Assembly: GCA_036172245.1 (NCBI GenBank)
Contig: JAYWIR010000031.1
Coordinates: 806,001-870,000 of the forward strand
Length of the DNA stretch: 64,000 bases
Reading direction: 5' to 3'
Source of the DNA: Raillietiella orientalis
Lineage: Eukaryota
Shown: one piece after another, positions 36,301 through 49,195 of the stretch
Numbering within the stretch: the first letter of the stretch is position 1
How the letters are laid out: each line of letters begins with the position of its first letter
Notes under the pieces: generated by a model
Databases searched by the model: none
The model's input: only the letters and a program-made list of their open reading frames with translations
Told to the model about the DNA's origin: nothing
Made by a program: the position numbers and the translations under genes

Positions 36301-39224
36301 TTGCCTCGTGAGTAGTCTCGCGATATGCTACTGTGATTGGATTTGCGGAGCCCGAAAAGGTGCAGGGCCGATTTGTCGAAAACTTACCCGCATTGATCTG
36401 AAACAGCCGGGAAATGGCTTTTGAAAATCGTTTGAGCTCTGCGTAGAATCGTGATCGAATATTTCGAACCCCATGTGAGTTCCTTCTACTGTCTGTCGGG
36501 AAGTGGCTCATTAGAAAAATGAGCTGCTTTTTCCAAACCTTCTTCGTGAAAGAAAAGTCCTAACGGCATGGATCCACTTATTCGAACGTTGGAGGCAAGA
36601 AGTTAAACCTATCCTGATTGTCTTTCCAGGCAAGGAGAAAGAATGAGAGAGAGAGAGAGAAAAAAGGAAATCAGCATATAAGACGGAAATAAAATTACGA
36701 AATTTCTTCAGTTCCTTCCTTGATCGTGTTCTTCCATTTGTTGCATGAGTGGCCATTCTGGCCTTTGGACAAGGTGTTTTCTTGGGAACTGGTTTCCATT
36801 TCACCGTTTTTTTCCAACGCTGGTATGCCCAACATTGCAAATTAACATTCGTTCTTATCATCCGCAGACTCAGCAACTGCACGGTGCACAAGTTGTCTCG
36901 CTTAACAGCTGCATGGTCCATGACTGGTGCTGTTACTAAATAACAGACTCTATCTCATCCTGTAGTGTTCAAAAAAATGCTGCACAGAGGAGTCATCCGA
37001 ACTCTCAGTTTGAAAGTAGGCTCCAGGCATTCATCGAGTGCTTCTATCCTTCCAAAACTGGGTGGAGCTCGCACAAGATTTTCAGATGTATTAGGCGTTT
37101 AGCTTTTGGAGGCAAACCAGACTCCTACGAAACTTCGGATGCGAATCCTGGCGCCACACTTATGAACTCCTACAGTCCGAATCCTTTCATCAAACATTAC
37201 AGAGTGGGTGTGGGACATTGCAAATTGCCTGCACCCCCATTCGAAAGAACGCGCAGTTTTTCTGTTTTGATGCCGGGTGGAATCCAAATGTGCGAATACC
37301 TTTCCAAACGCGAATGCGGATAAACGTGTACAATATTGAATGTATCCTGTTTGAGGAGATCTATCCATAGCAATATCGGCACGCTGAATTCTTCTAAGGA
37401 AAAACAATTCTTCAGGTGATCTGAAATTGTGAAACACTTTTTTCACGGTAAGAGACAGTCATCTGACCATCGAAGCAATGCTTGCTGGCGTCTTTGCTTC
37501 CTATTGTGATCTCTATACATTCCTTAAGACACAGAGACAAGTTGAAATCGAATTCAGCTATGTGCTATTTTTAAATAATCTGCTGAAGAAAGTTTTCAGT
37601 GTCCCTTTATCGAAATATGAAATCACAAGATAGTCGATGCTTCATGCACTCTTTTTTACTTGCAATCATTTTGAGAAAGCATTCCACCTATACCTCATTG
37701 AAAATGAAGACCTCAGTCATCTCCAGAAAGACAGCCAGATAGCACCTCCCTAAGAATTCGTTTTATTTTCAATAAGCACATACAATCAAGGAAATCTTCC
37801 ACGACCTTCTAAGTTTCCTCTGTTTGATCACCTGACTTTTGCTATTTTTTTCTCGCTTTCTTACCATGTTCGTTACATCATCATGCTGTCCTCTCATGTG
37901 TTCTCCGAACACTTTCCTCTTTCGCAGCTATCCCATCGCACTTCCAGAGGCGGCCGTAACTTATTCTTCTGCATCGGGACACTTTTCCACCATCTGTTTT
38001 TTGGAACATTGCATGTGAGCTTTGTGGCACCTACGTGCCGAGGTTCTAAGCTGTTTCGTGAGCGTAGCTGAGCACCTCCTCTTCTGAACCGTGCTTTCGG
38101 GATTGAGATAAACCCTCTTAGCCATGTAACTCGCCAGAGATGCCTCGTTTGAAAGTCTCTTCGCTGACAGTTAGGTTAGGTCCACTGATGAATGGCTTTC
38201 CATGAGGCACGAAGCCTTGGGAGATCCATGGACGACATTGCTCCAAGTCCCTCAAGAGTTCAATTTTTCCTTACCCGTTTCTATCACAAGGAGTCTTTTA
38301 TCGCAGGCAGTTTTCCTTTTATATGTACTAAGGGCAGTACATTGCGATTCAAGTAATTCCATGCTCCGTTTCAACTGAAGACTTCCGTGCGATGGGCTTT
38401 GAAGAAGCGGAGAGTACTAATCACTTCTATCCTTTTTTTTTTTTTTTTTGGTGTCCTCCTGAGAGTCGCTACGTTACCTCCAGAGATGCTGCTATCTCGA
38501 CGACGGCTTCAGATTGAAAGAAGTCTTCAGTCGTTTGTACAATAATACACTTCTCATGTGTTCATGTGATTGGTTCAGTCTCTGAAATCCCCCCCTCCCT
38601 CCCCAAAAGAAATGTTCAGTGCTTTATCTTTCCCTGATCTACATTTCACGGGCGAAAAGGGACAGTTTTGGACCTCGTGTTCTCATATGGCGCGCTGTGG
38701 GATCTCTTAGGAGATCTCTCATGATCTTCTCCTGTGGAGTTTCTCAACCATTCACCGTGAATGGATTTCCATTTACTTAGCGTTCTCAGTGAATTGCGTT
38801 TAGGGTGTCAAAGGGATAGACTTCCTAAGGGAACCGGTGCTCTTCGCTACGACGAAGCACTTCGCTTCCAGAAGTGGACAAGCATCATTTGGGAGTCGAG
38901 TTCCGCGCATTTCACATAACAGCAGTGTTCTCACTCACATCTGCTCACATTTCCTGACTCCGAAGGCAGTTTTCATCTGGGAACTGATTCCTTGTGTTTT
39001 GTTCCATTAAGATATTTCCTTCTGCGGATTGGAAGCAGCCATTCTACCTCCTCCCAGTGGTGTTCCCGGTTACGCAGATTTCAGCGAGCTTCCACAGGTG
39101 AGAACTTTTCTGATTGTGAATAAAAAAAAGTCTGCCGATTTGCGGGGCGTTGGTTCTTCTTCCTGGATGCTGCGCCCCGTTTGAGTGCATCCTCGCAGTC
39201 GGACGATGGGCCGTTCGCCCCCCG

Positions 39225-40614
39225 TCACCCGCTCACGGATCTCTTGCACAGCCTACGATTCAGATGAACGAATGTGCGCGTTTCCGTTGCTCGTGGGCGC
39301 CATTCCATGGTGCCCCCAGTGCTGCACTCGTTTTGCATTCCGTGACGCGAGCGCCTCTTTTCCTCCCGCCGCTGAACCCTGGCGAAGTTCGGCGGTTGCC
39401 CGTATTCTGCAAAAAAGTCAGCTGTCTTCCTGGGGCTGACCTTAAGTACAGCAGGCTCCCGCATAACGCGGAGATACGCCCCGCGTTGTACGCGCCCTGT
39501 GGGTTATACATGGACAATGCAGGAGTGTTGATGAAAGACATAAAGTGTATCTTAAAACGTTATGACAGAGGAACATCTTTTATCTAAATTGAAACAAGGA
39601 AAAAGGAAAAATCGAGTGTTTACTGATTATTTAACTTGAGGCGGGAAAGAAAAAAATAAAAAAATAAAAAGAAGCTTTAAGGGTTCTGCTGCTATTTAAT
39701 CAGCTCAAGCAATTCTGTAATTTCAGCTCTATAGTTCTTTTTGCTTAATACTGTGCCATTTTCATTTACGAAAATTCCAGCAAAATAAAATTAACCTACT
39801 TAAAATCACGTGTTTGTGTCCTTTTCAAGAACGACTGAACCCACGCTGCACCACAGAATTAAAATTTAGCCACAAGCGTGGTACGCAGCTGATTCACTGC
39901 GTTTTACGAGGAATGGAGCCATTTTTTTTTGTGTATGTGCCACCGTGTTGTACGGGGGGTCTACCGTACTTCCATGGGAGGCAGATGATTTCTCCACAGA
40001 TCGCATAGCTCTTTCATGGACGCAGCATCTCCCGATTTCCACGCGAAGAGGTCGTGGACGCACGGCTGCTCATTGCGAAACGCTGCATGTGGTGGTGGTC
40101 CTGGAGTGAAATGCATCTCCCTGTTTGCGTCGCCGTAAGCTGGGCAATTCTTCAAGGCACTGCTCAAGGAAGACTCAGGGAATCTCCACAACGGTTTCCA
40201 AGGGACAGGCTGGTTACAGTTACCAAAGCAGGAAGTCACACCCCCAGAAGATCGTGCCAAGAAGGAAACTTGGGGGAGAACGCGAGGAGAGTGCGATCTC
40301 TCGATTTCGAAGAGCGGCGGAAAAAGCACCCGCGCTGGAGGGTGGAGCAGAGCAACTTTCGAAAGCAGCGGCGTCAGCTGAACTTCTGATTCATCTTCCA
40401 AAGGGACGGGTTCGGAGGAAGGAGCTATCTGACTCGAGGCTAATCGCTGGTGCCAAGCAACTCTGGCAGCCGCGCTCCTCACAGAGTCCGACGTGCGCTC
40501 ATCTGCGCATCGGTCGGCATGGGAAACGTGGCAGATCGTTGCATCGCCACCCGAATCCAGAAGAGCACCTCTGCGTACAGGAAGCGGTGGGCAGGGTCGA
40601 TAAATCAGTGCCAC
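39225..40614 (-). pseudogene. Unidentified reading frame interrupted by the MITE
   Basis: ORF 39961..40614 stops inside the right TIR. Removing the MITE plus one TA joins ...NHLPPMEV to LKVSPRKTADFFAEYG... (frame of ORF 39225..39464). No domain recognised. Confidence 0.3.
39449..39966. mobile_element. pogo/Tigger-like non-autonomous DNA transposon (MITE), about 518 bp, with TA target duplication
   Basis: Left end TA|CAGCAGGCTCCCGCATAACGCGG. Reverse complement of the right end TA|CGGTAGACCCCCCGTACAACACGG. They differ only by transitions and one indel. Internal sub-terminal copies occur (ccgcgttgtacg at 39481, ctgcgttttacg at about 39897), and the interior is AT-rich and non-coding. Confidence 0.75.
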
Positions 40615-41096
40615 AAGCGTTCAGGTGGTGCAGCTTTCTTGGAAAACCGCTTTCCTCAGTCTTCTCTCTCTCTCTTTTTCCTTTTTCTCTTCCTTTTTTT
40701 TTTTTTTTTGCGATAGTTTTTCCGATTTGCCGCGGCCGCCATTTTTCCAGTAAGCCGACCGCCTCCCCGCACGACGAAGTTTTCTGAAGAGGGCACGAAT
40801 TAAAACGAAAGAGACGCGCGCATAATTATAAGGTTGGGGAAATCGTAGGGAAGAGATGTTGTTACTGTTACGCAATTTGCACCCTGACTACGAAAGCCAC
40901 TGACCAGCGTGAAGAGCTGGGAAGACTGGATTTTGCACTTGCTGGTGTCCAGGAGTAGGAGGAAATCCACATGTCTAGCAGCAACAGAATGCCCTCACCA
41001 GTGGGCGAAGATTGGGACATTCATACAAGGAAGTCCACGCAGGGGAAATATGACCCTCAGCTACTCCGTGATTGACCCTTACATCTCTGTACTTAC

Positions 41097-43664
41097 CCGG
41101 TAGTGTGTTCAGTTTCTTCTTCCGTGTTTTGATTTCAGCCAAAAGGTCGAGAAGCGATCTTAGTCACAAGACTTTTTCTTCTGTGCGGAGGGTTTGGTCC
41201 GTCGGGGTCGCATCTCTGTATGTATGGGGAAGCCTCCAAGAGAAGGGGAGTGCTCTCTGCACGGCGAGGCGAGACGATGCAGTTTGCCTTCTCAGCAGCC
41301 TCTTTGGAAGTCAATACGTGGCGGCAGGGGGTGGGAGATGCGAGGAACAGATTCTGGATTCTGGCTTGCCATCAGAGCTGTGGCCCAAGTTCTCTTTGCG
41401 AGCGCTTCGGGAAGCCGTCGCTGCGTTCCTCGGATGCTGTGAGGTAGCTGAGAGGAAGCAGCTAGAACACAGGAGCCTTCTCTGACCAGAAACAGGCGGA
41501 TGGTTTGGGGTCACATGGGATCTGAATTTCGAAGGGAGCGGGGTACCCGAAGAGGACCCAGCCTATCAGCGCACCGGCGCGGAGAATCCGAGTGGGCTAA
41601 AGGGACGGTCCTCATGACGGATTCGGCTGCAGCGGTTTGGAAGTCTTGAACGTGCCATCGTGGTCTGCAAGAAACACCGTTCGGCGATGCAGTCCAGAGT
41701 TTGAGGTGACTTTTCGCTTCCCTTCCTCGTGAGAACAGGCCGACGCATTGGGGAAGGCCCTCCTACAGTGCTTCCCGTACGCTTCCCGTAAGCTGCAGCA
41801 CGCGCGCCAGGCTGCTCATGCTCGGCATCCTGAAAGTTTTCGGCTGCTGCGCGGCTCGTGCGGAGCCGGTGCGCGACCCGTCGACCTATGGTTTCGCTGA
41901 GCGGATGCAGCGCCCGGGATCTTTGTGCCCTGGGCGTACAAAAAACGGCGTGACTGCTGGCTCTTAGGCGCGCGTTCTCAGCTGCTTGCAGATCGGCCAG
42001 CGTGCTCGACGCCGCTGGTGGAGAAGGACTCGTCCTCCTCCGCGTCCAGGAACGGCCACCTCCGCCAGTACCGAGCAAAGAACTCGAAGTCCCGGTCTCG
42101 AAGTTAATTGCCCTGCTTGCAGACCGCTTTGAGAAGGGCAGCTGCTTCCGGGTCGTCCCTCGGAAGGACCGAGGGTTCCCAGGGAGTGAAGGGAAAGGCG
42201 GAAGGGAGCCTCTCGCTCCGAGGTGTCCGGGAAGCAGCGTGCGGACGGCTGCTGGAAGTTCGGTTCCTTCTTCGCTCTCCTCGACGGTTCCGTCGCTGCA
42301 CATCCCGGTGGCCGCGGGCACATGGCCGTCCGATCCCCGGAAGGATTTCTGCTACGCGAGCTTATCGCCAACCTTTGTGACTTGGCACAGGGATCTGCGA
42401 CTCGATCCAAGGTTGCCCGCCCGCTGTCCATTGTTCCCGGAACGCCGGAGGAGTTCCGGGAAAGAGAGCAGGAAGAGGGATCAAAGAGGAGAGCTCGCGA
42501 GGCAAAAGAGGAGCCTGTGCGCGCCATCGAAGATCGACGGGGTCCTTGCATTCTTGCTTCGTCGAGGGAAAAGCAGGAGGAGGAGGAGAACTGGCCGATG
42601 GCATCGGGAGGGAGGCTAGCGGTGGGCCCCCCTGGCGCTTGCGGTTTTGGTGGCACAGTGCCGCCGGCCACGTCACGTACTTCCACGGACGACGGTGCTT
42701 TTGCTTCCGCGCGAGAGGATTTGGTCCGTCGAGGTCGCATCGCCCTCAACGTTAGCGCAGCAACGGCAGATTCCGCGTGGGAAGAATTCAACTTCCTTAC
42801 CCTGCCCTCCTCCTCCTCCTTCTCCTCCTTATACTCCACTTCCTTGCTGCAAGGGCGCAGGAAGGGAGGACAATGGCAGCCGTGCCGGAGAGCGCGCGTC
42901 CTTCGACGGCGGTCGGCGCGCCTCTAGCGGAGGTCTCCGGCATCAGACGAGCGCTCCCTCGCTGTCAGACCCTCTCGAGCGAGAGGGGAGAGAGCCAAGG
43001 GGCCAGCCTCGCTGCTGCCGCATGCTGCTGCGGGCAGGAGCCTTCGTCGTACCAGGAAGAACCTCAAGGAAGGAGGGAACGAGGAAGGGAGCGGTGACTC
43101 GGGGAGGGGGGGAGGACAACCGAAGAATGCCAGGACGGTTGTTTCCTTGCCTCGAGGCAAGGATGGAAGGTCCGCTACGCTACGGCTGCTACCGCAGCCT
43201 TCCCGAGAGACCTTTCACGCTCCGCTGCTTCCCTCGGCTGCGTTGCGTCCCCCTTCGCGGAACCGAGGCGGCGCTTCCGTCAATTCCAGAGGCTCCGCGG
43301 TCGCCTAGTCAACCCAAGGTTCGGCGGTGGCTCCCCCGCCGAACCTTGGTGGCTTCGCGCTGTCTCGACCGCTGGCGTTTCCCTCGGCGGAGGCCATTGA
43401 GGCGACCTGGTGCGTAGCGAACGGTGGCTGTCCGGGTGTGCCAGGAAAAAAAAAGCGGTCCGCGACCACCTTCGAGTCCCGCCACTTCCTCGGCGGCGGT
43501 TGTTCCGCCGCCGGGGGCGCGGCTGCCTCGTCCTTCGTCATTTTCTCCGGCAGCTGCATAGCGACGTCAGTGGTTCTTCCCTTTTCCGCTTCGGGCGCTC
43601 CTTGCCCTCTTCGCTCCTGCCCCTTAGTGGATGCCACGTCTGCTGCCTGAGGCGCTACAAGTCT
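41097..43664 (-). other. GC-rich, coding-like low-complexity region (possible decayed or fast-evolving exons)
   Basis: Long overlapping ORFs on both strands, a minus-strand acceptor near 43664 and a donor gtaagt near 41096. In-frame stops interrupt plausible frames. No domain recognised. Confidence 0.2.
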
Positions 43665-44216
43665 CTGGAGCGAATGCGAGGGATGGTGCAAAGATCAGCG
43701 CCCTCGCTCACGCCTTGGAGACGGAAGAAGAAAAAACACACACACTCTCTCTCTTTCTCCGTTGCCAAGAGCGGATCGTTCCTCTTTCCTGCTTCCTCTC
43801 GCTCGCTTTCTTCGTCTTCCTTCTCCCCACGGCAAAAGCAGAAAGACACCCCTACAGCCACCCCATCCGGATAGCCAATCCACCACGAGCTCAGCTTCCG
43901 GGGAGCCCTGTCTGGGGAGTCTCGCGTTCCGACAACCGCCCTGAGGGGTTTATTGCTGCTTGTCCTCGTGGCTGCGCGTGGCAGGAGAAGAGCACGCCAA
44001 GTGACCAGAAGCGGTGGTGGCAGAGAGGTACGGTCCGTTCTCCGGAAAGCGCCTGCTCGCCCCCGGAGCGAGCACCACCCTTCCGTCCCCCGAAGGCAGG
44101 AGGAGGAGGAAAAGGACGTGAGGGTGTGGGCAGAGCGAGTGACCACCGTGGGGTGGAGAGGGGATCTTCTCTTCCTTCCTCGTTCTTCCACTCTACCCTG
44201 TTTTTCTATTTCCCAG

Positions 44217-44891
44217 GAGTCGTCTCCAGAGGACGCATCCTCGCAAGCGCTCACCGGGCCGGCTTGGGACGGCCCGGAGCAGGGATGGAGAACCAGCACC
44301 TCCCCCTTGGACGAAACGCAGAGCGAGACAGCATGGACTCGGAGCGAGGAAGGAGAAGGGGAAGACTCCGCGAGACGTGCCACCACCCAGAACAGTCAGG
44401 AAGAGGACGCCACCACCGCCACCCCTTCGCAGGCGTGCGAGTCCTGCGGAAGCAGCGCCGCCGTCCACGGGAGCAGCCGCGATGCTCGGAGAGGCGAGGA
44501 GGAGGAAGAGGAGGAGGAGAAGGAGGATCAGCAGCAGCTGGGAACACCGCAGGATGCTTCCTCCCGCGGGCGATCGGACGGCCCCCCGGATGAAGGGGCA
44601 GTGGACGGGGAGGAGGTCCTCCCTGAGGTCGTGGACGGTCTCCAGGATGTCATCGTGGATGCCGGTGATGGAGACGCCAGCATTCGGATCTCCTCCTCGT
44701 TCGTAACCTCCGGTGACCACCTTTCTGTGACCTCCCTGAGGCACTCAGAAGACCTGACGGCGACCAGGACCCTGTCGAACACGTTTGGAGGGAGCGGCGC
44801 GGGAGACACTGTGGCCAGAATACCCACGATGAGGTCAGTCGAAATGGCGAGCTGGAGGGTGGTCGCCCGGTCAACCGCAGGGAGGACTTAA
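44217..44891 (+). CDS. Possible exon encoding an acidic Ser/Thr/Glu-rich low-complexity segment
   Basis: Strong acceptor ccctgtttttctatttcccag ends at 44216. The open frame ESSPEDASSQ...GEEEEEEEEKEDQQQ... runs to TAA at 44891. No domain or start identified. Confidence 0.33.
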   Translation, partial: ESSPEDASSQALTGPAWDGPEQGWRTSTSPLDETQSETAWTRSEEGEGEDSARRATTQNSQEEDATTATPSQACESCGSSAAVHGSSRDARRGEEEEEEEEKEDQQQLGTPQDASSRGRSDGPPDEGAVDGEEVLPEVVDGLQDVIVDAGDGDASIRISSSFVTSGDHLSVTSLRHSEDLTATRTLSNTFGGSGAGDTVARIPTMRSVEMASWRVVARSTAGRT

Positions 44892-47149
44892 TTGCTGCCC
44901 TTGCGGGTGCTCCCCTCCCCACACTTCCCGGGGAGGGGGTGCGTCCTTTCCGCGGACCCCCTGACGCTGAACGCATCCCATCCGTCCGGAAGGGTCCGTC
45001 GGGATGCTCGCTCCCGACTCGCTGTCAGGAACGGGACTTTCCTTTTCCTTGGCCGAGGCCACTCCATTTTCGTTGTCCGGAGAGAACCGTTCCTCGCTCG
45101 CTCTTCCGCTGCTATCTGCCACCGCTCCTGGACTTCCGGGAACCTCTGAGAAAGCGGCTTCCCTCTAAGCCGACGGGCCGGACTGAAGACGATTCTGCGA
45201 AGGGCGTCTCGTGGGACATGAGCAAACAGGGAGGAAGGGTCACGAGTGCATAGGAGGAAGGAGGGGAAGTTGCCTGTTTAAGAAATGCAGCTGCTCTTCT
45301 CCACTGAGCTGCTTGTTCTAACGGTTTCTTGTCCTCCCTCTGGTTTCTCATTGTTCATCTGGTTTCTGGTTCTTCATCTGGTTTCCCGTTGTTCGCTCGG
45401 TTTTCCATTCTTTACGTGACACTTATCGTGGTTTTTGTACACATAACGACCGAAAATTCAGTACCATCTATTTCGGATCTTCAGGGAAATTGCGTATATC
45501 TATTTATCAGCATGGACGACTACTCCAGCGCACGGCACATCAACTGCCTTTGATAAACATAGCCACGTTTGTTGAAAATCCAAGAGAAGGAAGTCACATT
45601 CGTGCCAAGAAGGACTGGCAGGTGCATTGAGCTTAGCCTGTTCCACTTCCTTGATCAGACCTGCAATCGGACTTCCAGAAAATCACTCTCACTTGGAAAG
45701 TAAAATCAAACGGATAACACCATGGACGGATAAAACGGAGGTCAAATAGGAAGGTGTTTGCAGGGTCTATCTCTGTGGGACCTTCATCGTGGGTAGGCTT
45801 CATGGGAGAGTTAATTCGACCGAGTCAGTCCATCTGATCCCAAACACCGGCTACTGGTGTCTCCACTAAGACGCGAACACAAACCTGCGAATCCCAGCTG
45901 GGGGAATGGGGGATCTCTGTCTGGCTGCTACTACCGACAATGTTTACAGCCCTTCCATCCAACATTCCTTCAGAAGAATCCTCAGTGCGGAACCCTAACT
46001 ACCATTTTTGGTCCATGACTATCATGGAATCATACAGTCCTTCCATGAATATCATTCTTGGTTCTTCATTGGAAGTTTGTTTTGAAGCCAAGGTTTCTGG
46101 AAGGGCAGTCGGATGAACATGGTCGAAGCCCTTCTAATCACTTTGGAATCGTTGACTTCTGTTCTGAAGTCAGATTTCTCGCTTTCGTCATGTCACTGAC
46201 GTTATTGAAAGCTAAGAGAAACTATGATTGCCGCCTGAACGTGCGAACAAACATCGTAATTTTTTTTTTAAATGATTTTTTTTTTTTATTGAACTGTGGA
46301 ATCAAGAAAGTCATCGTCTAAAAACGAAAGAAAAGAAAAAGCCACCAATGGCCGTAGTAAATAGCTGTGAAGGATTTGCTCGACCAACAGCTCGGTCCTG
46401 GATGGACACTCTTGTGAGAAGAATATTTTATTTAAAATAAGATTGCTTACGTCAGTATCACAGTGGCTCTCTGATGCTTTCAGCTCACACGTCAACTGTT
46501 GGTGGCAGATGTCTGTTTGGATTCCCGAGGAAGAGTGCAGTCGAACGGATGTGCTTGCACTGGTTGGCAATAAATCTGGCTTTTTTCGGAAAAGCTGTAC
46601 GTGCTCAGCAAAGAGCATTCTCCCGTCTGCCGGCTTCCTCGGAAATCACGCAGTCAGGGTTACCACTCCTCCTCCAAATATTCAGGAAGATCGTAATTCT
46701 TTCGGGAGACACATTGGCTACATCGAAAGGGGAGGAAAAGTTCATATGTTTCAGCAGTTCAATCTCCCATTTCTCCGTCTGTAGTTTCCACTTTGTAGAA
46801 TCCTTTCCCCCAAAAGATGTTTTTCATGATGAGGTCATCGTAAAAAACAACCTGTCGACCGTCTAGCAACACAAGGCGATTTTTCTTTGGTTTCTTGAAT
46901 GTTTGGAGGTTCATTTTGGGACGGCCAAACTCGCAACCGAAAACCGAATGCGGTACCGAAAATTATCAAGGGAGAGTAACTGTCAGCCAACTCAATGACT
47001 TCAGTGCATGCATTTACCCGTTAATTATTGGTACTCTAAGTGCATTTCATAAGTCATGTCATGATTCGATCTGCAGAGATGCTGCGATCTTCACAAACTG
47101 CGATGCAAAGATCAGCGCGAATCTGGTTCAGATCCCGAAAGATCATCAG

Positions 47150-47470
47150 AAATAAACACATGTACTAACTCTACTCTACGCATAGGTATCCAGGGACATT
47201 ACAGATAAAGGATTATAAGAAAATAAATCTTCATTATATGTATTTGTTATATGCATTTGTAATATATTTACGCACATTTATGCGTACATATATGTATTTA
47301 TCTCATCCGGACAACAACTTTTCAATTATATTAATAAAATGTATGTCCCTGAATCTTAATCAATATATCCGCTGCAATAATATAACTGTTAATAAATATG
47401 AATAGATATGCATATTAAAATAAATTTCCATATCAATCTATGTAGAATAAGCACGTGTGTTTATTTTTGC
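47150..47470. repeat. AT-rich dispersed repeat island related to 16200-16680
   Basis: Same shared words as the 16 kb island, in permuted order. Confidence 0.5.
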
Positions 47471-48832
47471 TGATCCTTTGGGACTTCGATCGTTGGCCAT
47501 CTCGGCGTTTCGGAAGGGCACCGCTTCAGAGCGCTTAGTCGGTGTCGACTCAAAATGCCACCAATGAAACGACTTGAGTGAAGATTTCGATTTCTCGCCT
47601 CCTGACGGCAAAATGCTCTGTACCTTCGCAGCGTCCTTGCAATTTTTTTTGGTTTTCTAAAGCCTGTGATGCGGGCAGCGACAATTTTGCACCGTGCTCA
47701 CAAGAGTTTCACAAGAGCTCGGAGTTTCACAAGAGCGCAGAAGAAGGCTAAGGTACCCCCTCACAGGTGGATGGGAGAAAGGGCTACTGTTCCTTTCTTT
47801 TCATCTCTTTGAACTTTCTCCCTTCTCTCCAGGAAGATGCGGTTCTGCTTGGAGCTGCTCGTTTTATTCAAAGGGAGCTCGATTCACTCGATTGCTTTTT
47901 CGAGGGTGCATTTTTGGGAACCTGTGTAAGACCACACTCAGAATCCACGAGAAGGCAGTTGCTCAGCGGATGAGGAATCAAGGGGTTTAGACTCTCATCC
48001 CCAAAGGAAGGTCAATGCGATCTCAAAAGGTTTTCGGTAACTGCTATTGAAACCAAAGTTTCCACGATGCCCCCAAAACGAAGAATTCTGCCTAAACTTC
48101 TCGGTTGCCTTTCACCAATTCTTTGGTATTCAAAGAGAAGAAATCATTTTTTAGGGTCTTCTGGGTAGAACAATCGTACTCTCTCTGTGCATCAGTTTCG
48201 ACTTTCCGTGTCCACGTCTTCCGTTTCTGACATTCCTTCCATCGGTGTTTTCAATCCATGGAATTCCGAGCTAGCCAGACCTCAGAGGTGGATTTATTCG
48301 AGGCTTTGAAAGCCACGAGTATTGCATCATGGGTGGTTTTGAAAGACTCAGGAATCCAGCAACTGCTTGAAGATTCCAGAATGCATCCCCTGATATCATT
48401 ACGACCATTACATCGTGATGACTGCTGCCTACTTGCTAGAATTCACAAGCAGCAGCATCATTTTCATTTGTTGCACAATCATGCCCTATTTTGTTGTGCT
48501 GTTTGGAGTTTTTTCCGAGTTTTTTGATCGTGAACGAAATCGATCCACAGAGCCGTCATTGACCCCCTTCCGTAGGCATTAAAGATTAAGAGGAAGTTGT
48601 CTCTCGAAAGATGTGACCATGAGTCCTCCAAGCGACCGCAATGTACCGCAAGCTGGAAGCTCCGTGAAGTCTTCCGGGGCATCTCTGAAGCAAAGGAATC
48701 GAAAGTGATCACTTTAAGGGGAATTTATCTCGGGACGATACAAGACTCAAGTTGCGTTTTCGAATCATCCCAGCGCGTTTGCAGCTTATTTCTGTGACTT
48801 GGCGAGCTGATTCTCGTTCTTCTATGTTGCAG

Positions 48833-48978
48833 TTTTATACCATTCCTGGCCAAAGATGCAGTTATTCCCAGTACGTCTCATGAAATGAACAGTAAGCCAA
48901 ACACTGAAGTAGACGACAACGAAAGCCCTAAGTATATCACAGATGAAGACATCCCATCCCACAGTAGTGGACAAAACG
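48833..48978 (+). CDS. Probable upstream coding exon of the VWC-domain gene
   Basis: Acceptor ttcttctatgttgcag, open frame FIPFLAKDAVIPSTSHEMNSKPNTEVDDNESPKYITDEDIPSHSSGQN, donor G|gtaaag (phase 1). The start codon or exon was not located. Confidence 0.5.
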
Positions 48979-49036
48979 GTAAAGTCTGTTATAGTCCTCG
49001 TGTTCCTGTCTCATTGAATCTGTGTTTTCCTTTTAG

Positions 49037-49195
49037 AAAACCTACTCAACATCACAAATGATTTCAAGCCCATATTTCCTTCCTTGCAAATCAGACTAAA
49101 TAAAACGGCTATGATGGAACTGATACCCCCTTCCTCGGATATTGGTCATTCTCTTTCGAGCTCTTCGGCTGATATAGCGACGCTGCAATCCAAAG
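49037..49195 (+). CDS. Probable coding exon of the VWC-domain gene
   Basis: A 58-nt intron ends in gttttccttttag. The 159-nt phase 1-1 exon is open (ENLLNITNDFKPIFP...IATLQSK), with donor AAG|gtcagt compatible with the phase-1 acceptor at 51425. Confidence 0.55.

Noticed and set aside
40230..40266. Similarity to 45589-45614 (ggaagtcaca...tcgtgccaagaagga)
   Set aside because: Too short, and the flanks do not extend the alignment.
41500..45300. Many long overlapping ORFs as separate genes
   Set aside because: Expected from high GC content and low complexity. No domains were recognised and the coding strand could not be fixed.
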